From Podarcis cretensis (lineage: Eukaryota), in assembly GCA_951804945.1 (NCBI GenBank), contig OX638155.1:23374001-23438000 (forward strand): a DNA stretch of 64,000 nucleotides, written 5' to 3'. Positions 12,483 through 26,178 of the stretch are shown piece after piece; position 1 is the stretch's first letter; each line of letters starts with the position of its first letter. Below the pieces are notes generated by a model. That model saw nothing but the letters and a program-made list of their open reading frames with translations. It was not told the DNA's origin and searched no databases. The translations under genes and the position numbers were made by a program.

Positions 12483-13881
12483 TAGCTAGGTGTTATCTCT
12501 GGGTCTGCCCTGTGAGACTTCTTCCGATTCTTTCATCACAGAATACATAAGAAGTGCTTGTCTTAGCTCCAGGGAAGTGCTGTTCACAGCTCAGCTCGGC
12601 CACAGCAGGCAGGGCTCGCTCCTGCGATGTAGGCAGGCAAGGGGATGTTCCTCCCACCTTTGCCAACCACACCTGCTTCAGGAGACTCTTTTGCAAGTGG
12701 CACAGCCAATTGCAGAGGAGTCTGTGGGCATGGCTCAGGGAGCAGACCAGAGGGGATTGCTTTGCCTCACAGTCTTCCCTCTGATCTGCTCCATGGAAAT
12801 ATAAGCTTGCCACTCCCGTGCCTCGGCCACAGTTCCCTTCCAGATTTCAGAAGAGAAGGGCATCAGGCACAACAGAGGAGGAGGAGAATTTATTTTTTAC
12901 ATGGACAACAGTGGAGGCTTGCTGGGCCTCTGAAGCAGCTGAAGAAAGTGGGAGAAAGATGAAAGAGAGAGACGGAGAGAAGGTACCAAGAGCTTCACTA
13001 AGTAGGGAGCAGCTGGGGCATGGCTAGATGTGTGGCTTGCTATGAAGTGCTTTGGTCGCCATTGGAGGGGCAGGGAGGAATGTTCCCTTCAGGACAACTG
13101 GCCGATCTGGAGATACTGCCTGCCTCAGAGCAACTGTCACAACTTGATGGTGGACAAGGTGTTGAGAATGGATCCTTAGACTAAGCGAGCACCACAAAAG
13201 CAGGGCAATCCCATTAAAGGGAGCATGGGGGAAGAGCTTCTTGTCCAGACACCCAGCTCAGGGGTTGATGGGCCATAGAACCCCCAAAATGGTGGTCACG
13301 GGCGTTGATGCACATCAAAGGGCAACCTGTAACCTTGGCCAACCATGCCAATCGACAAACAGCAGGTGGACAGTTTGCTTTCAGGATATAAATATAATGG
13401 CAACCATTAAGGAGATGTTTCCATTATTTTTGTTAGAACGTAAATACAGAAGCAGCTTTTTGGAGTGTTCATCGGCAACTATTAGCAAGATGTTATTTGT
13501 TTAAAAATTGAACGAATGAAGGCAAGAAGCGAGTGAGGAGTGGCAGCTAAGGAGAGCTTGGCAGTGCTTATGTTCTATTGAAGTAAATGGAGTTGAAGCA
13601 TAAGATTAAGTGTTGAACAAAATGCTGTTGAACACAATGGCACACTTCCAGAGGTAAAATTTCCTGTACTCTCAGTCTGGTGCAGAAAGACAGGAAGCCA
13701 TCAAAGCAGGTACAATACAGGGAGCCAACAAAGTAGATACCTTTGGAATATATATCATTAGCATTATTATCATTCTATCTATTACCAACCTTTTACTGGA
13801 AGGTCTCAGGGGCCCCCTATCTGCTTTGTGGAAAAAACCACTTGAAGGTATGTCCGGCCAAATGTGTTGGGCCACTGAGAA

Positions 13882-14263
13882 GGGAGCGGGTGGTGCTGTG
13901 GTCTAAACCACTGAGCCTCTTGGACTTGCTGATCAGAAGGTTGGCGGTTCGAATCTGCACGACAGGGCAAGCTCCCCTTGCTCTATCCCAGCTTCCGCCA
14001 ACCAAGCATTTCGAAAGCACATCAGTGCAAGTAGATAAATAGGTACCACTGCAGCGGGAAGGTAAACAGCATTTCTATGTGCTCTGACTTCCATCATGGT
14101 GTCCCATTGCACCAGAAGCAGTTTAAACATGCTGGCCACATGACCCAGAAAGCTGTCTGTGGACAAATGCCGGCTCCCTCAGCCTGAAAAGTGAGATGAG
14201 CACCATATTCCATGGTGGCCTTTCATTGGACTTAGCAGTCCAGGGGTCCTTTACCCTTTTTTA
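13882..14263 (+). mobile_element. Sauria SINE (older copy)
   Basis: Same head, body and tail as the 5274 copy; TSD CACTGAGA (13873-13880 / 14264-14271). Confidence 0.88.
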
Positions 14264-14706
14264 CACTGAGATGGTCCAATGATTGTCCTGGAGGGCATGA
14301 ACTCCCAAGCCAGCCCATTTGAGGCAGCCTCAGCACATTGGAAGTTCCCCAGCACCACCATGAAAGGGTTCTCTAAAACCACATCCTATATTACCTTCGC
14401 CAGCGCACTTAGGGATGGTTTGCACCATCCTACAAACACACACAAACAAACAAACAAACAAACAAACAAACAAAAACCCATTCTCTCTCTCTGGCCCAAC
14501 ACCACCAATAATCCCTCTAGTGCAGACACAGGATGGATTGTCCCCCTCGAGGCAATCTCAACTCCCCTCCCCACCCTGAACTTCAAAGTTGCTACGCCAA
14601 GTACCAGGCCCCAGATCATCTGCTCAGGTCCCAGTTATGCACACAGGTACTATTTTTTTGGTGTGTGGGGGCGGGGGGAGGTCCCATCACACAGTGAACC
14701 AAACTA

Positions 14707-14929
14707 CAGTGGTACCTCCGGTAGAGGTCCATTCTTAACCTGAAACTGTTCTTAACCTGAGACACCACTTTAGCTAATGGGGCCTCCCGCTGCCGCCGAG
14801 CCGCCAGAGCACGATTTCTGTTCTCATCCTGAAGCAAAGTTCTTAACCCGAGGTACTATTTCTGGGTTAGCAGAGTCTGTAACCTGAAGGGTCTGTGACC
14901 TGAAGCATCTGTACCCTGAGGTACCACTG
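14707..14929. mobile_element. TA-flanked Tigger/pogo-type MITE (same family as 9481, small internal deletion)
   Basis: CAGTGGTACCTC...GAGGTACCACTG; TA TSD. Confidence 0.88.
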
Positions 14930-17900
14930 TATACAGATCTCATAGCCTACATCAGCAGTGTTGACAGGTGAGAGCAGACTGGAAGGCCAGATCAGGCTGA
15001 TGGCTTTGGCAAACACAAATGTGTGCCTGGCTTACATCTGCTTTCCCCACTCAACCATTCACTTAGGCATGCCCTACACCAGGACTCCTCACCCTGTTGC
15101 CCTGCAGATGTTTGGGGCTAGAACTCCCACAAGCACCATGTTTCCTGAGGCTGATGGGGACTGTAGTCCAAGACATCTTCAGAGCACCAAGCCCTGTTCT
15201 GTCTTGGTGTGGCTAGAAACCTCACTCCCTTTTTGTTGTGTCCATACTCCTTTGTCCCTTTGTTGCCTCTGAGCTGTTCTTCCTGCATCTGTGCTAGGTA
15301 CACTCAGGTTGCTTTCTCACCTTGCAAAGGTGCTCACCAACACCTCTCCCTCCATCTTTCTACTCAGTCGTGGGTGGGAGCTGGTAGAAGAAAGATACAG
15401 GAGAAGAGAGGCCAAATGAGGCCGAGGAGTGTGTGTTTGGATGAAGATGCGCAGCAACAGAAAGCATCAAAGGTAGCCTCTCTGGACATGCCTCTGGAAC
15501 CTAAATGCTGTGCAGGAGTAGAGAGAAAGTGAGCAGGACTGTGCTACCACCCAAACTGCTTGCCTGTGTTAGCCTGAAGGGCTTTTCTGGTGCCTCCTCT
15601 CCTAGCATCTTCCAAGATCCGCAAGCCTAGATTAGGACTGCCTCGTCTTGACAGTGATTCCCCCCCCACACACACACACACCATCATGAGTGTAAATGCT
15701 AACTCTAACTTTCCCTCGCAGCTTGGGGGAGGATGCAATTAGACCGTTATATGTTCTACTTGTCACTTACTTGTCAGGTTCCTCTGACAGTTAGAAATAA
15801 AACCTTCAGACACTTGATGTTACATTGAAAATCCCTCAATTTTTTCCACTTGACTGTAGCTTTAAAAAGAAAAACCTTAGCACAGAGCACTGTCAGCTTG
15901 AACGCCCTTTGATCTCCCATTAAAGAATGCTTCATAATGTCATTATGAAGATGCTTAGCATGTGTGTGAGAGGAAATTCACACATGCATTCCTCAGTGGC
16001 CTACAGTTTTCTTGGCTTGCAGTTGCATTAAATACAGGGACGCTGCATTGAAGAAAGCAATTAGGGGAAGATCTCCGAGGAGCAAATTTTGTAAAAAGTC
16101 TGCCTTTGGCACTAGCAGATTGAGTGACACTTACATTTGTCAATAGAGTAACATTTTAGTCACTGATTCCCCTCGCCTGCCTGGATGCTGAGTGACATTC
16201 CAGATGAATAAATGCATTCAGATGTACAACTATCACAATATTAGAGCTGACAGTTTTCAGTCTTGACTCCAACGAGGCTCTAGTCCCATTAAGACCTCAT
16301 GGAGACTGTGGCCCAAGAGGCACTGGCACATACCAGCAACCGCAGTCTCCACACCATCCTCCTTCCCTCCAATGTTTGCCATACAGAAAACCTGGCGTCT
16401 CCCATGTCAACCAGGCATTGCAAAGGAGCTGAGATTAGTCACAATCATCCCTGCCTACGCCTGAATAAACTTGGATATGCCAACACTTCAACCAAATGCT
16501 GCAGCTGTTTCATTTAACAACCACTTGATGTGCATACAGTAGCAGGGGGTTGTGTTTACCTGCGGAAAACTTTGCTTGTTGATCTCTGCACGTCAATAAA
16601 GCATCAGAACACACCATACCATTTTTGTCCGGTTGGTTTGCAACCATCCTTATCTGTCAAAAGGACCGTCGCCTTGTCTGCCGCTGTGAGGAATTGAAAA
16701 GGGATTTGGCAAAGAGAGTGGATGGACAATTCTTCACTGAGTGGGGCTCTGAGAGAATTCCAGGACAACAAGGACCCCTGTCCGGCAAATTCAAAATACT
16801 GCAGCATATATAACAAAACAGTTGATCCAGCTCGGGTAGCCTGTTAACACGTCATCTAATCTAAGGTAGCACTTTTGTCCTTGAGAGCAGTTCAGCCCAT
16901 GAACTCTGCACATTTAAAGGATGCTACATTGTCATTCAATCAGTATCACAAGAGGTACCTGCAAGAAAATATTGCAGTGTGGGGTATTCCTGCTCAGTAT
17001 GCCAATCAGCTATGCCTTCTTTCAGGATATGATATTCCGTTTCCCCGCCTCTGCACCTCATGTTTTCCTTATCCAATATGCTGCATTCTGTGCCCAGTCA
17101 TTGGACCATTCGTGGTGGGGTGGGGTGGGAGGTCCACATACAACTCCTGGCCTAATGGTTTGTTCTGCTTCTGCAAACCTCAGATTCTCTGGGTATGCAG
17201 ATATCTCCCTCTTGATACCAGGAGCCATGTTCTTGCTACATAGCTGTCATAATTCAGCACTTGAGTTTGCTGCTGCTGTATACAAGCAGGACCCAACCTC
17301 AAAATTTTGCAGTGCATACTGTGTACAAAACAGCATGTGTATGTACCTCGGGACTGGAAAGTAGCTGATGTAACAAAAAAAATTAAATGGCGATCCTGGA
17401 AATTGCAGGCTGGTTAGCACCATAATCTCTAAGCAATTTTCCTGGAACATAACTGATGTGAACATTGCACAACCTTGCCTTATGACACCCCTGCATTTCC
17501 TTATGTATAAGTATTAAGGACTTAATGACAGCATCTTCATATATTTGTTAACATTCTAGCTTATCAATTTCCCCAAGTTTGAAGGGAATAAAGCCCCGAA
17601 ATCTGACATACACGCACCAGTAATTTCATTAAAGAAATGTAAAAAATGAGTTTGATGTTGTCGACTTAATTTTTAATAGGCTATGATCCGCAAGTCAAAG
17701 TCACCACCAATTCAACATAATTAGCAGCCCTTGATCAAAAGAGACCTGGGATTATTTAAATGGAATGAAAGCAATGAGAAGGGTAGCCTATTAAAAGCAT
17801 TCTTCTAGGTCAGGGTTAACAATGTAATTAGGATATACTTTTAACTACTACAACCTTGTCTTGTATTCTTTCTGAATGAGAAAAATAATTTAGAACTAGC

Positions 17901-19350
17901 GTTTTGCCAAACCTTGGTGTTACCTATTAGTACTGTGTCGCATTAGTGTTCTGCTTGGAGATGATCCTGTGTGCAGAGCCGGCCCACCCATGAGACAGTG
18001 TGAAGCATCCACCTCAGGTGGCAGAAGCACAAGAGGCGGCACCCTGCCTGCCCCACCGCTTCTGCCACTGCCAGAATGCCCCCTCTCAACAGCAAAATGG
18101 AGGTGGTGGTGTTGCTGCTCATTTTCCCTGCCCTTGGAGTGGAGAAGACAAGTGGCAATGCTCTGAGGAGTATGCTGGCATTCACTGAATTGGCAATAGC
18201 TTGGTGTTCCCGAGTGCAGTGTTGTCACTTGTCCCCCCCACCACCACCAGGTAGGGGAATACAAGTGGCAATGGTGGAATTAGGGGGCGGGGCACATTCC
18301 TCAGGTGGCAAAATGGTATGAGCCACCCCTGCCTGTGCATGTAGCGATTTCTGGGAAACCATGCATCCTCATAATATTAATATTCAGGTGCAGATCTATG
18401 TCGTGGGAGGAGGGAAACGGTTAGCCATTTGTGACAAAAAAAATATGCGTCTTACACAAATAGTTGAAGATAAATCTTTACTTGTTAGGTTGGCGGCAGT
18501 TGAACAACCGGTATTATTTACATATACATTAATGAATGTCTCTCCCTTGAGCCCAAGAGAGGGTTTAATTCTTTTTTTTCAAAACTCCTTTGTAGCAGTG
18601 CATAAGTTACTAATCCTTAGCTTACCTGTCCTCACAGCATCCTCCAGAAAGCGTCTTCATGAAGCTCCCACCTTCTCACATTCACAGCCAAAGATAAAAC
18701 CAACACAATAACCAAGCCACTGCCTTCTGCCACCTCCTTTCCCCAATACCATTTATCCTTTGTGAAATACATTCACAATACAATACAAACACTAACAGAA
18801 ACGCCAGGGCAAACAGGTTGAAACTTGCAGTTTGGTAGGTTCTCTGCAGAGTTGGAATGAGCGACTGAGCTCGAGCCCCTACCGCAGCCCTAGAGGGTTG
18901 ACAGTCCAGCATTAGCCTCCCCACAACCCATTTCTTCTAGAGCAGGGCTGAGAAACCCATGAGCCTCCAATGCCGTTGGACTCCAAACCCCATCAGCCCT
19001 AACCAACCCTGCAGTTGGTCAAGGATGATGGGAGTGGTAATCCAGCAGCTGCTGTAGTGCTACAGGTACACCCATCTTGGTGGTGGCATGTTGGCAGGAG
19101 AGACAGCCACGAGTCCCTTGTCCTTCTAGAGATGAAACAGCTGTTTGATCACCAGGGGGATACCCCACAGCCCTACAGTGATGATCAGCTCTGTGATAGT
19201 GGCTGCTGCTAGGAAGTTGAACTTAACCATGTAGCATGGTGCAAACTAAGGCTCCATCCATTATTCATCTTTTGCCAAGAAGCTGGAAGAACAGAGGCTT
19301 AGCTCCCTCCTGTCTGACTTGAGAGTACATGCACTGCTTCCCACCCATTG

Positions 19351-19610
19351 GGAGAGCCAGTGTGGTGTAGTGGTTAAGAGCGGTAGTCTTGTAATCTGGG
19401 GAACCGGGTTCGAGTCTCCGCTCCTCCACATGCAGCTGCTGGGTGACCTTGGGCCAGTCACACTTCTCTGAAGTCTCTCAGCCCCACTCACCTCACAGAG
19501 TGTTTGTTGTGGGGGAGGAAGGGAAAGGAGAATGTTAGCCGCTTTGAGACTCCTGAAGGGGAGTGAAAGGCGGGATATCAAATCCAAACTCTTCTTCTTC
19601 TTCTTCTTCT
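19351..19610 (+). mobile_element. Squam3-type SINE with (TTC)n tail
   Basis: A-box TGGTGTAGTGG, B-box GGTTCGAGTCT; tail GGCGGGATATCAAATCCAAACT(CTT)n. Confidence 0.88.
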
Positions 19611-20420
19611 AAACTGCCCAAAGAACCTATTTTCTCCTGGGCATCACTTTCCCCCTGCTAGGGCTTTGCTAGTGCATTCTCTTCACTCCACTTACAGCCT
19701 AACATGATCAATTGCATAGCCGTGCTTCCTAAGGGCGGCTGCAGCTAAAACAAATGGTTAGCATCAGGCTGCAAACTAAGAATCAAACATAAACAGGTTT
19801 TCTCCATTGCTTCCGAGAACTGTGTCACATACACTGTGCTAAATCTGTGATGTTCGGATTTCTGGATATTAGGCTTCCGTTTGAAAAACTTACACCGCTA
19901 ATCCCCAGTTCGCTGAATATGTGAAAGATGCTTGCTTAAAGCTTGTTAAATAACTTGGCAAATCCAAACTGTGGCACTACTGCCAACTTTCAGTATATGT
20001 CTGAGATATTAATTGTTGCCACAGCTTGAGGTCCTGGTTTCTGCAACTCATATAATTCCAGGAGAATTTCTGCTGGCATGCAGCCTTTGAAGTCAACAGA
20101 CACACAAACTCTTCCAGCCCCAGACTTTTAAAAGGTATAAGGGAGATGTTCTTTCCTTTCACTTGAAAAGCAGCAGCAGCAGCAGAAAGTCTCATGATCT
20201 TTAATTCACTTTAATCCATTCATCAGGAAGGCTTGACTGCTGACCTTTCAACAGATGGAATTAGAAACGGTAACCTAACGCCATGGCCCTGTAAGTTTGT
20301 TACGTTGAGAGCAGATGCTAAATTCACAGTGACTACATACAACCCCACTTAAAAACCCTTGCTTTGAAGGAGCTCCACCATGTAGCCAACTTATTCCCCA
20401 TCCAACCCTCTCTCTCTCTC

Positions 20421-21041
20421 TGTGATGGCCTGGGATTCAGACTCGGATGCTGAACCTGAGGGATCCCAGCCTGCACAGGATTCCCCGCCTCCAGAACCAG
20501 CTGAGCCGGGGCTGGGGCATGAGCCTGAAGGGTCCTCACCCGTGCTGGATCCTCAGGTGCAGGCACCAGCAGAGTCTGCTCTGGCTCCTGAGGTGATGGA
20601 GCACCCATTGCCTGCAGGTGCTCCACTCTCAGCCCCGTCAGAGGAAGCTGAGGTTGCCTCTGGGTCCAGTAACCCTCCCAGCCTCTCCTGAGCTACAGAG
20701 GCTCAGGGCAGAGAGGCGGAGGGAACTATGTTCCCGCAGGAGGAGTGCTCGCCTCCAGGCCAGGAGAGGTGAGTCACCTGAGGATCGGGGCCGCCCTATG
20801 CCTCAGAGCAGATAAAAGCCAGCCAGACCCAGTCCCAAGTTGCGGGAGCAACATTGTTGGTTGCTAGTTCCTGCCTGAGCTCCTGACCTGCCCTGGCTCC
20901 CTGCTTGCTTGCCTGTTCCTGACTTCACCTGACACCCTGCCCTGCACCCAGCTTCAGCTACTACGGACTGCCTCCACGTTGCATCTTTGACTTGCACCGG
21001 ACTTGGACCTCGCCTCTGGGGTAACCCATGGGACCAGCACA
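20421..21041 (+). mobile_element. Solo LTR (LTR retrotransposon, possibly Gypsy-type)
   Basis: 621 bp, GC-rich; termini TGTG...CACA; 5-bp TSD CTCTC; TATA-like GATAAAAG at 20811. Confidence 0.7.
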
Positions 21042-21878
21042 CTCTCCCTCTTTCCCGCACCAATCATTGGGAGCAGGGAAACAGTTGGCTGAATTCCAAC
21101 TCTTCCACTTGGCAACCTCAGCCAATCTCCCCTGCTGCTTTCCTGGGCATTACAGCAACCATAGTGTGGTTGAAACAGGTAAAGTGATATGGGAGGGCAA
21201 CTTGCAATACCTTGCCTAAGTAGACACTGTCAGGAGCTTGTCCTACACTCAAGTAGGACCCTGGCAGAGACACATGCCCGACTGGCATGTTCTCTCCCTC
21301 CTGGTTCGGGAGTTTCAAAAGCTTTCTTCAGCCCGAACATCACAGCGACCAATGCCAACAGACATCGGAACACTTAGGGATCTGCAGAGTCTTCGCAGCT
21401 TGCGTGACAGACCTCAGCAACTCAGCATTTTGGCTAATCTACTTTATTTACATGTAAACACACACGGAGCACTGCAACATGGCTCCCTCTCTCTCTAGCA
21501 TCAGACATCAAAGAGAATGAACAAAGGACAATAGTCCCACTTCACGGAGCACAGTAACACAAACATCCTGTCTCCGTCACTTCCCACTCTGGAGTCAAAA
21601 CATACCACATCATGTGAAAGACAACAATCCCATGACTGCAATCACGAAGCAGGAATTCTAACAGACACCACAGTGAACACTTATTGGAGAGCATTTGGAG
21701 GAAGAACCACTTCAACCTGGCACAGGCTGTGTGGCACTCCTGCAAAGAAAAAGAGCTGCCCAGTTGGTCCCAGACCATACACTTGTGGATTGGAGTGTGT
21801 ATAGAAAGAAAAGCCATCTCCTTGCACTCAGGTGTCTAGCATTAGTATTCCTCCCCCTTTGCCTGTGCAGTGTTACTG

Positions 21879-22854
21879 TGATGCATGAGAAGCTTTTTCG
21901 GATGGCACGGGCAGGAGGGAAGCTTTGCGTACCCAGGCACAGACCCTCCTCCCTGAGAGCCAGGCCCCAGATAGTTAAGACACAAGACAGCATAGGTATA
22001 GGATTAAAACAGGCCACAACTTTATTAATTTCAGATGTAGGAAAACTTTGGCTTAGGCATTGGGTGTGTATCCCTCGCAGTCCCCCAGCTGGGGTCTGAG
22101 GCTAGTAATATCCAAAGGCGACACAATGACCAAGTACAACAATGCAATGTCAATATAAACTCTTTATATAATCTATAGAGAACACTGAACAATATGAAAT
22201 ATATGAAATATGCACTCTCTGCAAGACTAAATAAACAGAATTCTTCTAAATCTCTGAAAGTCACAGAATATGGGGTCTGAGGCTAAGCAGGGTCAGACAG
22301 GAATCTGGGGGACACTGCAAAATGTGCATTTATGCAGCTGCCCCCCCTTTTCCTGTTGTGGAGGGGAGTTCACCAAGTGCTCATGGTCAGTGACTCCCCT
22401 CACAAACCCCTCTAACGGGGCCCTACTAACACTGCTGTGTGAGGGATGTGTTACCACACTACGGGACAAGAGGCTCTGCTTAGTGAAACAAAAGGCTTCA
22501 AGGTACCACTTCCCCATACCACTTCCCAGCTCCGTAGCTCCCAGTTGGTTACCCCCTGAACTGTCCAATAATGAGCCTCTCTCTCCATGACACTTCTAGC
22601 TGACTGAATGGCCGGCGTTGTCAGGATCCTCCTTACCTGGCCCTTGCTCCACCTGCCCCCCGCCAATTTGCTAATTTGAACCAGGGCCAGGCGGGAGCCC
22701 TGCAACCTCGCCGCCCAGCCCAGGGGACAGAGCAATGGCCAACAGCTATGGCTCGGCTCCCGAGGCCAGGGAGCCTGTGCCAGGTCACAAAAACCGCCCA
22801 CCTACAATACTGGTGAGCGGTCATTCTATAGCCCTTGCCGACTGATCCATTTCA
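21879..22854 (-). mobile_element. Probable ERV-type solo LTR containing a 166-bp insertion
   Basis: TG...CA termini; imperfect 4-bp flanks ACTG/TCTG; minus-strand AATAAA at 22021-22026; boundaries uncertain. Confidence 0.4.
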
Positions 22855-24068
22855 TCTGTTGCCCTCCTATATCCTGCAGTTTATTGCCAGCTTGGCCAAA
22901 ATATTATAAATCCTGTAAAAAAAAAAAACTTTTCAAAAATTGCATTGCTGACATTTCAATTATAGGTGGGTCAGTGATTTTCAGCAAGTTCTGCTCTTGG
23001 GTACATTTGGTATTGAATTATTAAGAAGCAGTGATTGGTCATCCTGTTCAATTGGGAAGTGCAGGAAAACAACAGCCTGTTCCTTCCCTTGCATGAGTAA
23101 ATCTGTGCTCTACAGTTATTTTATTATTATTTTGTTTATTGAATTTATATACCGCCCTATACCCGGAGGTCTCAGGGCGGTTCACGGTTTATAGAGAAGG
23201 CTACAGAGCTCACTAAATTTTCACCAATGCACGCAACCATTCTTGAGGCAGAAAAGTGCAATGAAACACATTTGGTTCTGTTTTCTTGTGATAGGCAGTG
23301 CAATCGTAGACATGACTACTCAGGAGTAAGGCCTTGTGATGCCTTGGGTGAAGTTACTTAGGTTGCAAAGAATGTTACGCTTACCTGGAAATAAATGTGC
23401 AAGAGAGTTGCAGCCTGAATAAGCCAGAGCATCGCTATGTTCATGCCACATTAGCTTTCAACATGATCATTAGCACTAAATTTTCACAAAATTATATTAT
23501 ACTACGGAAACATTGAGCTGGGAGGAAATGATCTTGTGGTAGGTTTTCTACCATATCACGCTTTGAAAATTTTATTTTCTGTACAAGAAACTTCACAAGT
23601 TGCATTTGTATTTTGAAGAATGCAAGTTGTTCACCTGTTGAATCTTGATGTCTGTACCAAGGAGACAAAGAGAGAGATAGCCAAAATTTTAAAAAAAATC
23701 CATGCTCAAGTAAAGAACTCCAGAATGCCAGTTGTAGCACTTAACATGGAAATTGTGAATTGGCCTAATGTGTTTTGGTTGTGTCTTAATGGGTGGTCTT
23801 GTGAATAAAATAGGATTTTAGCAAATATATGGTGAGGAATTATAAATGTTCCATCTGCTGAAGCAGGGTTTCTACCGACCGGGATCCTTAGATAAATCCT
23901 GCCCAAATCACAGAAGGTATCAAGATGTTGCAGCTCACAATATCAGTACAACAACATTGGTTTGGTGGGGTTTGTTGTTGTGTTTGCAGTATAGCTGTAG
24001 AGTGCACCATAAAATTATTTTAAAGCATTTTTGGAGTGATCTCTAAATGACTTTGTTTCTATTTTCAG

Positions 24069-24205
24069 GTATTCTGTAGATCGGCATACTGACATGGACA
24101 GAATATTCAACATTGATTCTGGAAACGGTTCAATATTTACTTCCAAACTACTTGACCGGGAAACATTATTGTGGCATAACATTACAGTAGTAGCTTCCGA
24201 GATCA
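24069..24205 (+). CDS. CDH6: Cadherin-6 coding exon (approx. exon 8), EC4
   Basis: tttcag|GTATTCT...GAGATCA|gtaagt; 137 nt; [45 protein letters not shown]. Confidence 0.97.
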
Positions 24206-25263
24206 GTAAGTTCTGCATAAACACCATTCCCGTAACGAATGCAGCCTTCCAGCGGAGAATGGCTGAAAGGAAGTCAATCTCCATGCTTTGGTTGTTTTGC
24301 TGTTATTCAGGGAAGTAAACTTTAAAAAAGCTTCTGTATTTCCCCCTCTTTCTTTCCCAAGGCTACAGCTTATGAAGAGGCAACTTTGTGCCTGAATGGA
24401 AAGGAAATTAGTATGCCCCTCATTTCAGATCAAATAGACTAAAGAAATCCTCCTGGCCATTGGTTAATTAGGATGGCAATTGCTGCTTGTGAACAGCTGC
24501 ATAGATTGTACCCCCTCCCCACAAAAAGGGGTACATAATATTGAGGAGGGGAGGGAAATATACTGTTCTTTATGTGCCAACCAAAATCAGCCCTGTAGCA
24601 TTGACCAAGATACTTAAAAGGCCATCATTTCAAGTCACTTACTTCTTTCTGCGTTCCCCTATTAATTTCATTAGGGCCAGATTTAATTAGAAGCCCGGAG
24701 CCCAGTACATCACTCCTAAATCTACTTACATGAAAACTATTGTAGATGGGACTTGCTTCCAAGTGGGCAGGCTTAGAGGACTAGCTGAAGGCGTTTAGAT
24801 TGCATTCAAACCAAAGGCCAATTTGTCAACTTCAGAAACATCAACCGCATTTGCAACCCTTCTCTGTTTCTTGTTTGGTCTGAACGGGGACTCTGGGTTC
24901 GGATGAAGGGGAACACTTCACAATTAGGCGAGTCTAGATAATCAAGTAACTGTAGGTTGCACACAACTAATTAATGAATCATCTCTATTAATGCCAATGG
25001 GCCTATTCTAAGTAGAGCTAGCACCGAAGATCACTCCGTTGAGCTCAATATTCATGCAGGGAGTCTGTGCAAATTAGGCAGCCTTGTTTAAGCACCTGTT
25101 TTCTATGTAAACCTGCCACCAAACACTTTTTAATCATCTCCAATATTTTAGGTCACATCCAGGTAACTAGATGTCTCGTTAATGGGAGACATCAAAACTT
25201 CTTCCTGGAAACCATGGTAACTGCAGTTCTGAGAGGAAGGGGGGAAATGGCGGACAGCTAACT

Positions 25264-25405
25264 TGGGTGGCCAGATTAAAAAAAGAGGACAGGCTCCTAC
25301 ACCTTTAATGGTGAGCAGAAGATAAATAATCTCTCAAAGCTGCCTCTTCTGCACAACAGTTGGAAGGTTCAGGAGCTCTGTGTTCTTCTGCATTTGGCTA
25401 CCCTA
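25264..25405. mobile_element. Degenerate palindromic hAT-like MITE
   Basis: Ends GGGTGGCCAGAT / ATTTGGCTACCCTA with internal inverted similarity. Confidence 0.5.
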
Positions 25406-26047
25406 TCGCTTACCAATGATTCTCACTGGACTACAATGACCAGAATTCTTTAACCATCACATTTAAAGGGATATAGTGAGGCATCTAATCATAAGCCTGC
25501 ATTTTTATCAAAGCTTATATTTTTGATTAAGGCCTGTATATTAAGATGAGCTTAAAGATTTTCAAATGTTTCATGCCAGGCAGAAGACCAGCTGCCTAAG
25601 AACCTTGGCAATGTTTATTCTCCTGGACAAGGGGGCCCCCTGATTTATAGCAGAAAACAATTCTCAAAGTCGTAAAAAGGGAATTACAGGCTGAGAGCCA
25701 AGGTTACACTGACCCTACATATTACAGAAGATAAAAAAAGAGATAAACATAATTAAGAGTGGGTAAATGGTAAAATAAAACCATGTGCCTCCCATTAAAC
25801 TTGAGCCATATTTTCCTAAGGTTGAAAGGTCAAGAGCAGTGAAAAAGGCAACTGGCTTGGCTGGAGAAGATAGGTTTCTTCCTATCTTATTTTGAGGCTG
25901 GAAACTGTTCCTTCCTTTTTTACTTTGAGAAGGTTTATTCTTCTAAAAAGCTATCTATGTTATGTATTAAATATATTGGCTTAAATGTAATTATGCAAAG
26001 GATTTAGAAAGAAAGAAATGTTAAATCCTTATGCTAGATTCTTATTT

Positions 26048-26178
26048 CATATAGTTGGAAGAGATCACAGGGGCCATCAGCCATCAGCCCAGCCCCCCTG
26101 CCAAGCAGGAAACATCATTAGAGCACACATATGGTTGTCAGGCCTTTGTTTAAAGACCTCCAAGAGAAGGAGATCTTT
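26048..26178 (-). mobile_element. CR1 LINE 3' end fragment
   Basis: Similar to 56750-56880 (AGTTGGAAGAG...CCCCCTGCCAAGCAGGAAAC...TAAAGACCTCCAA). Confidence 0.8.
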
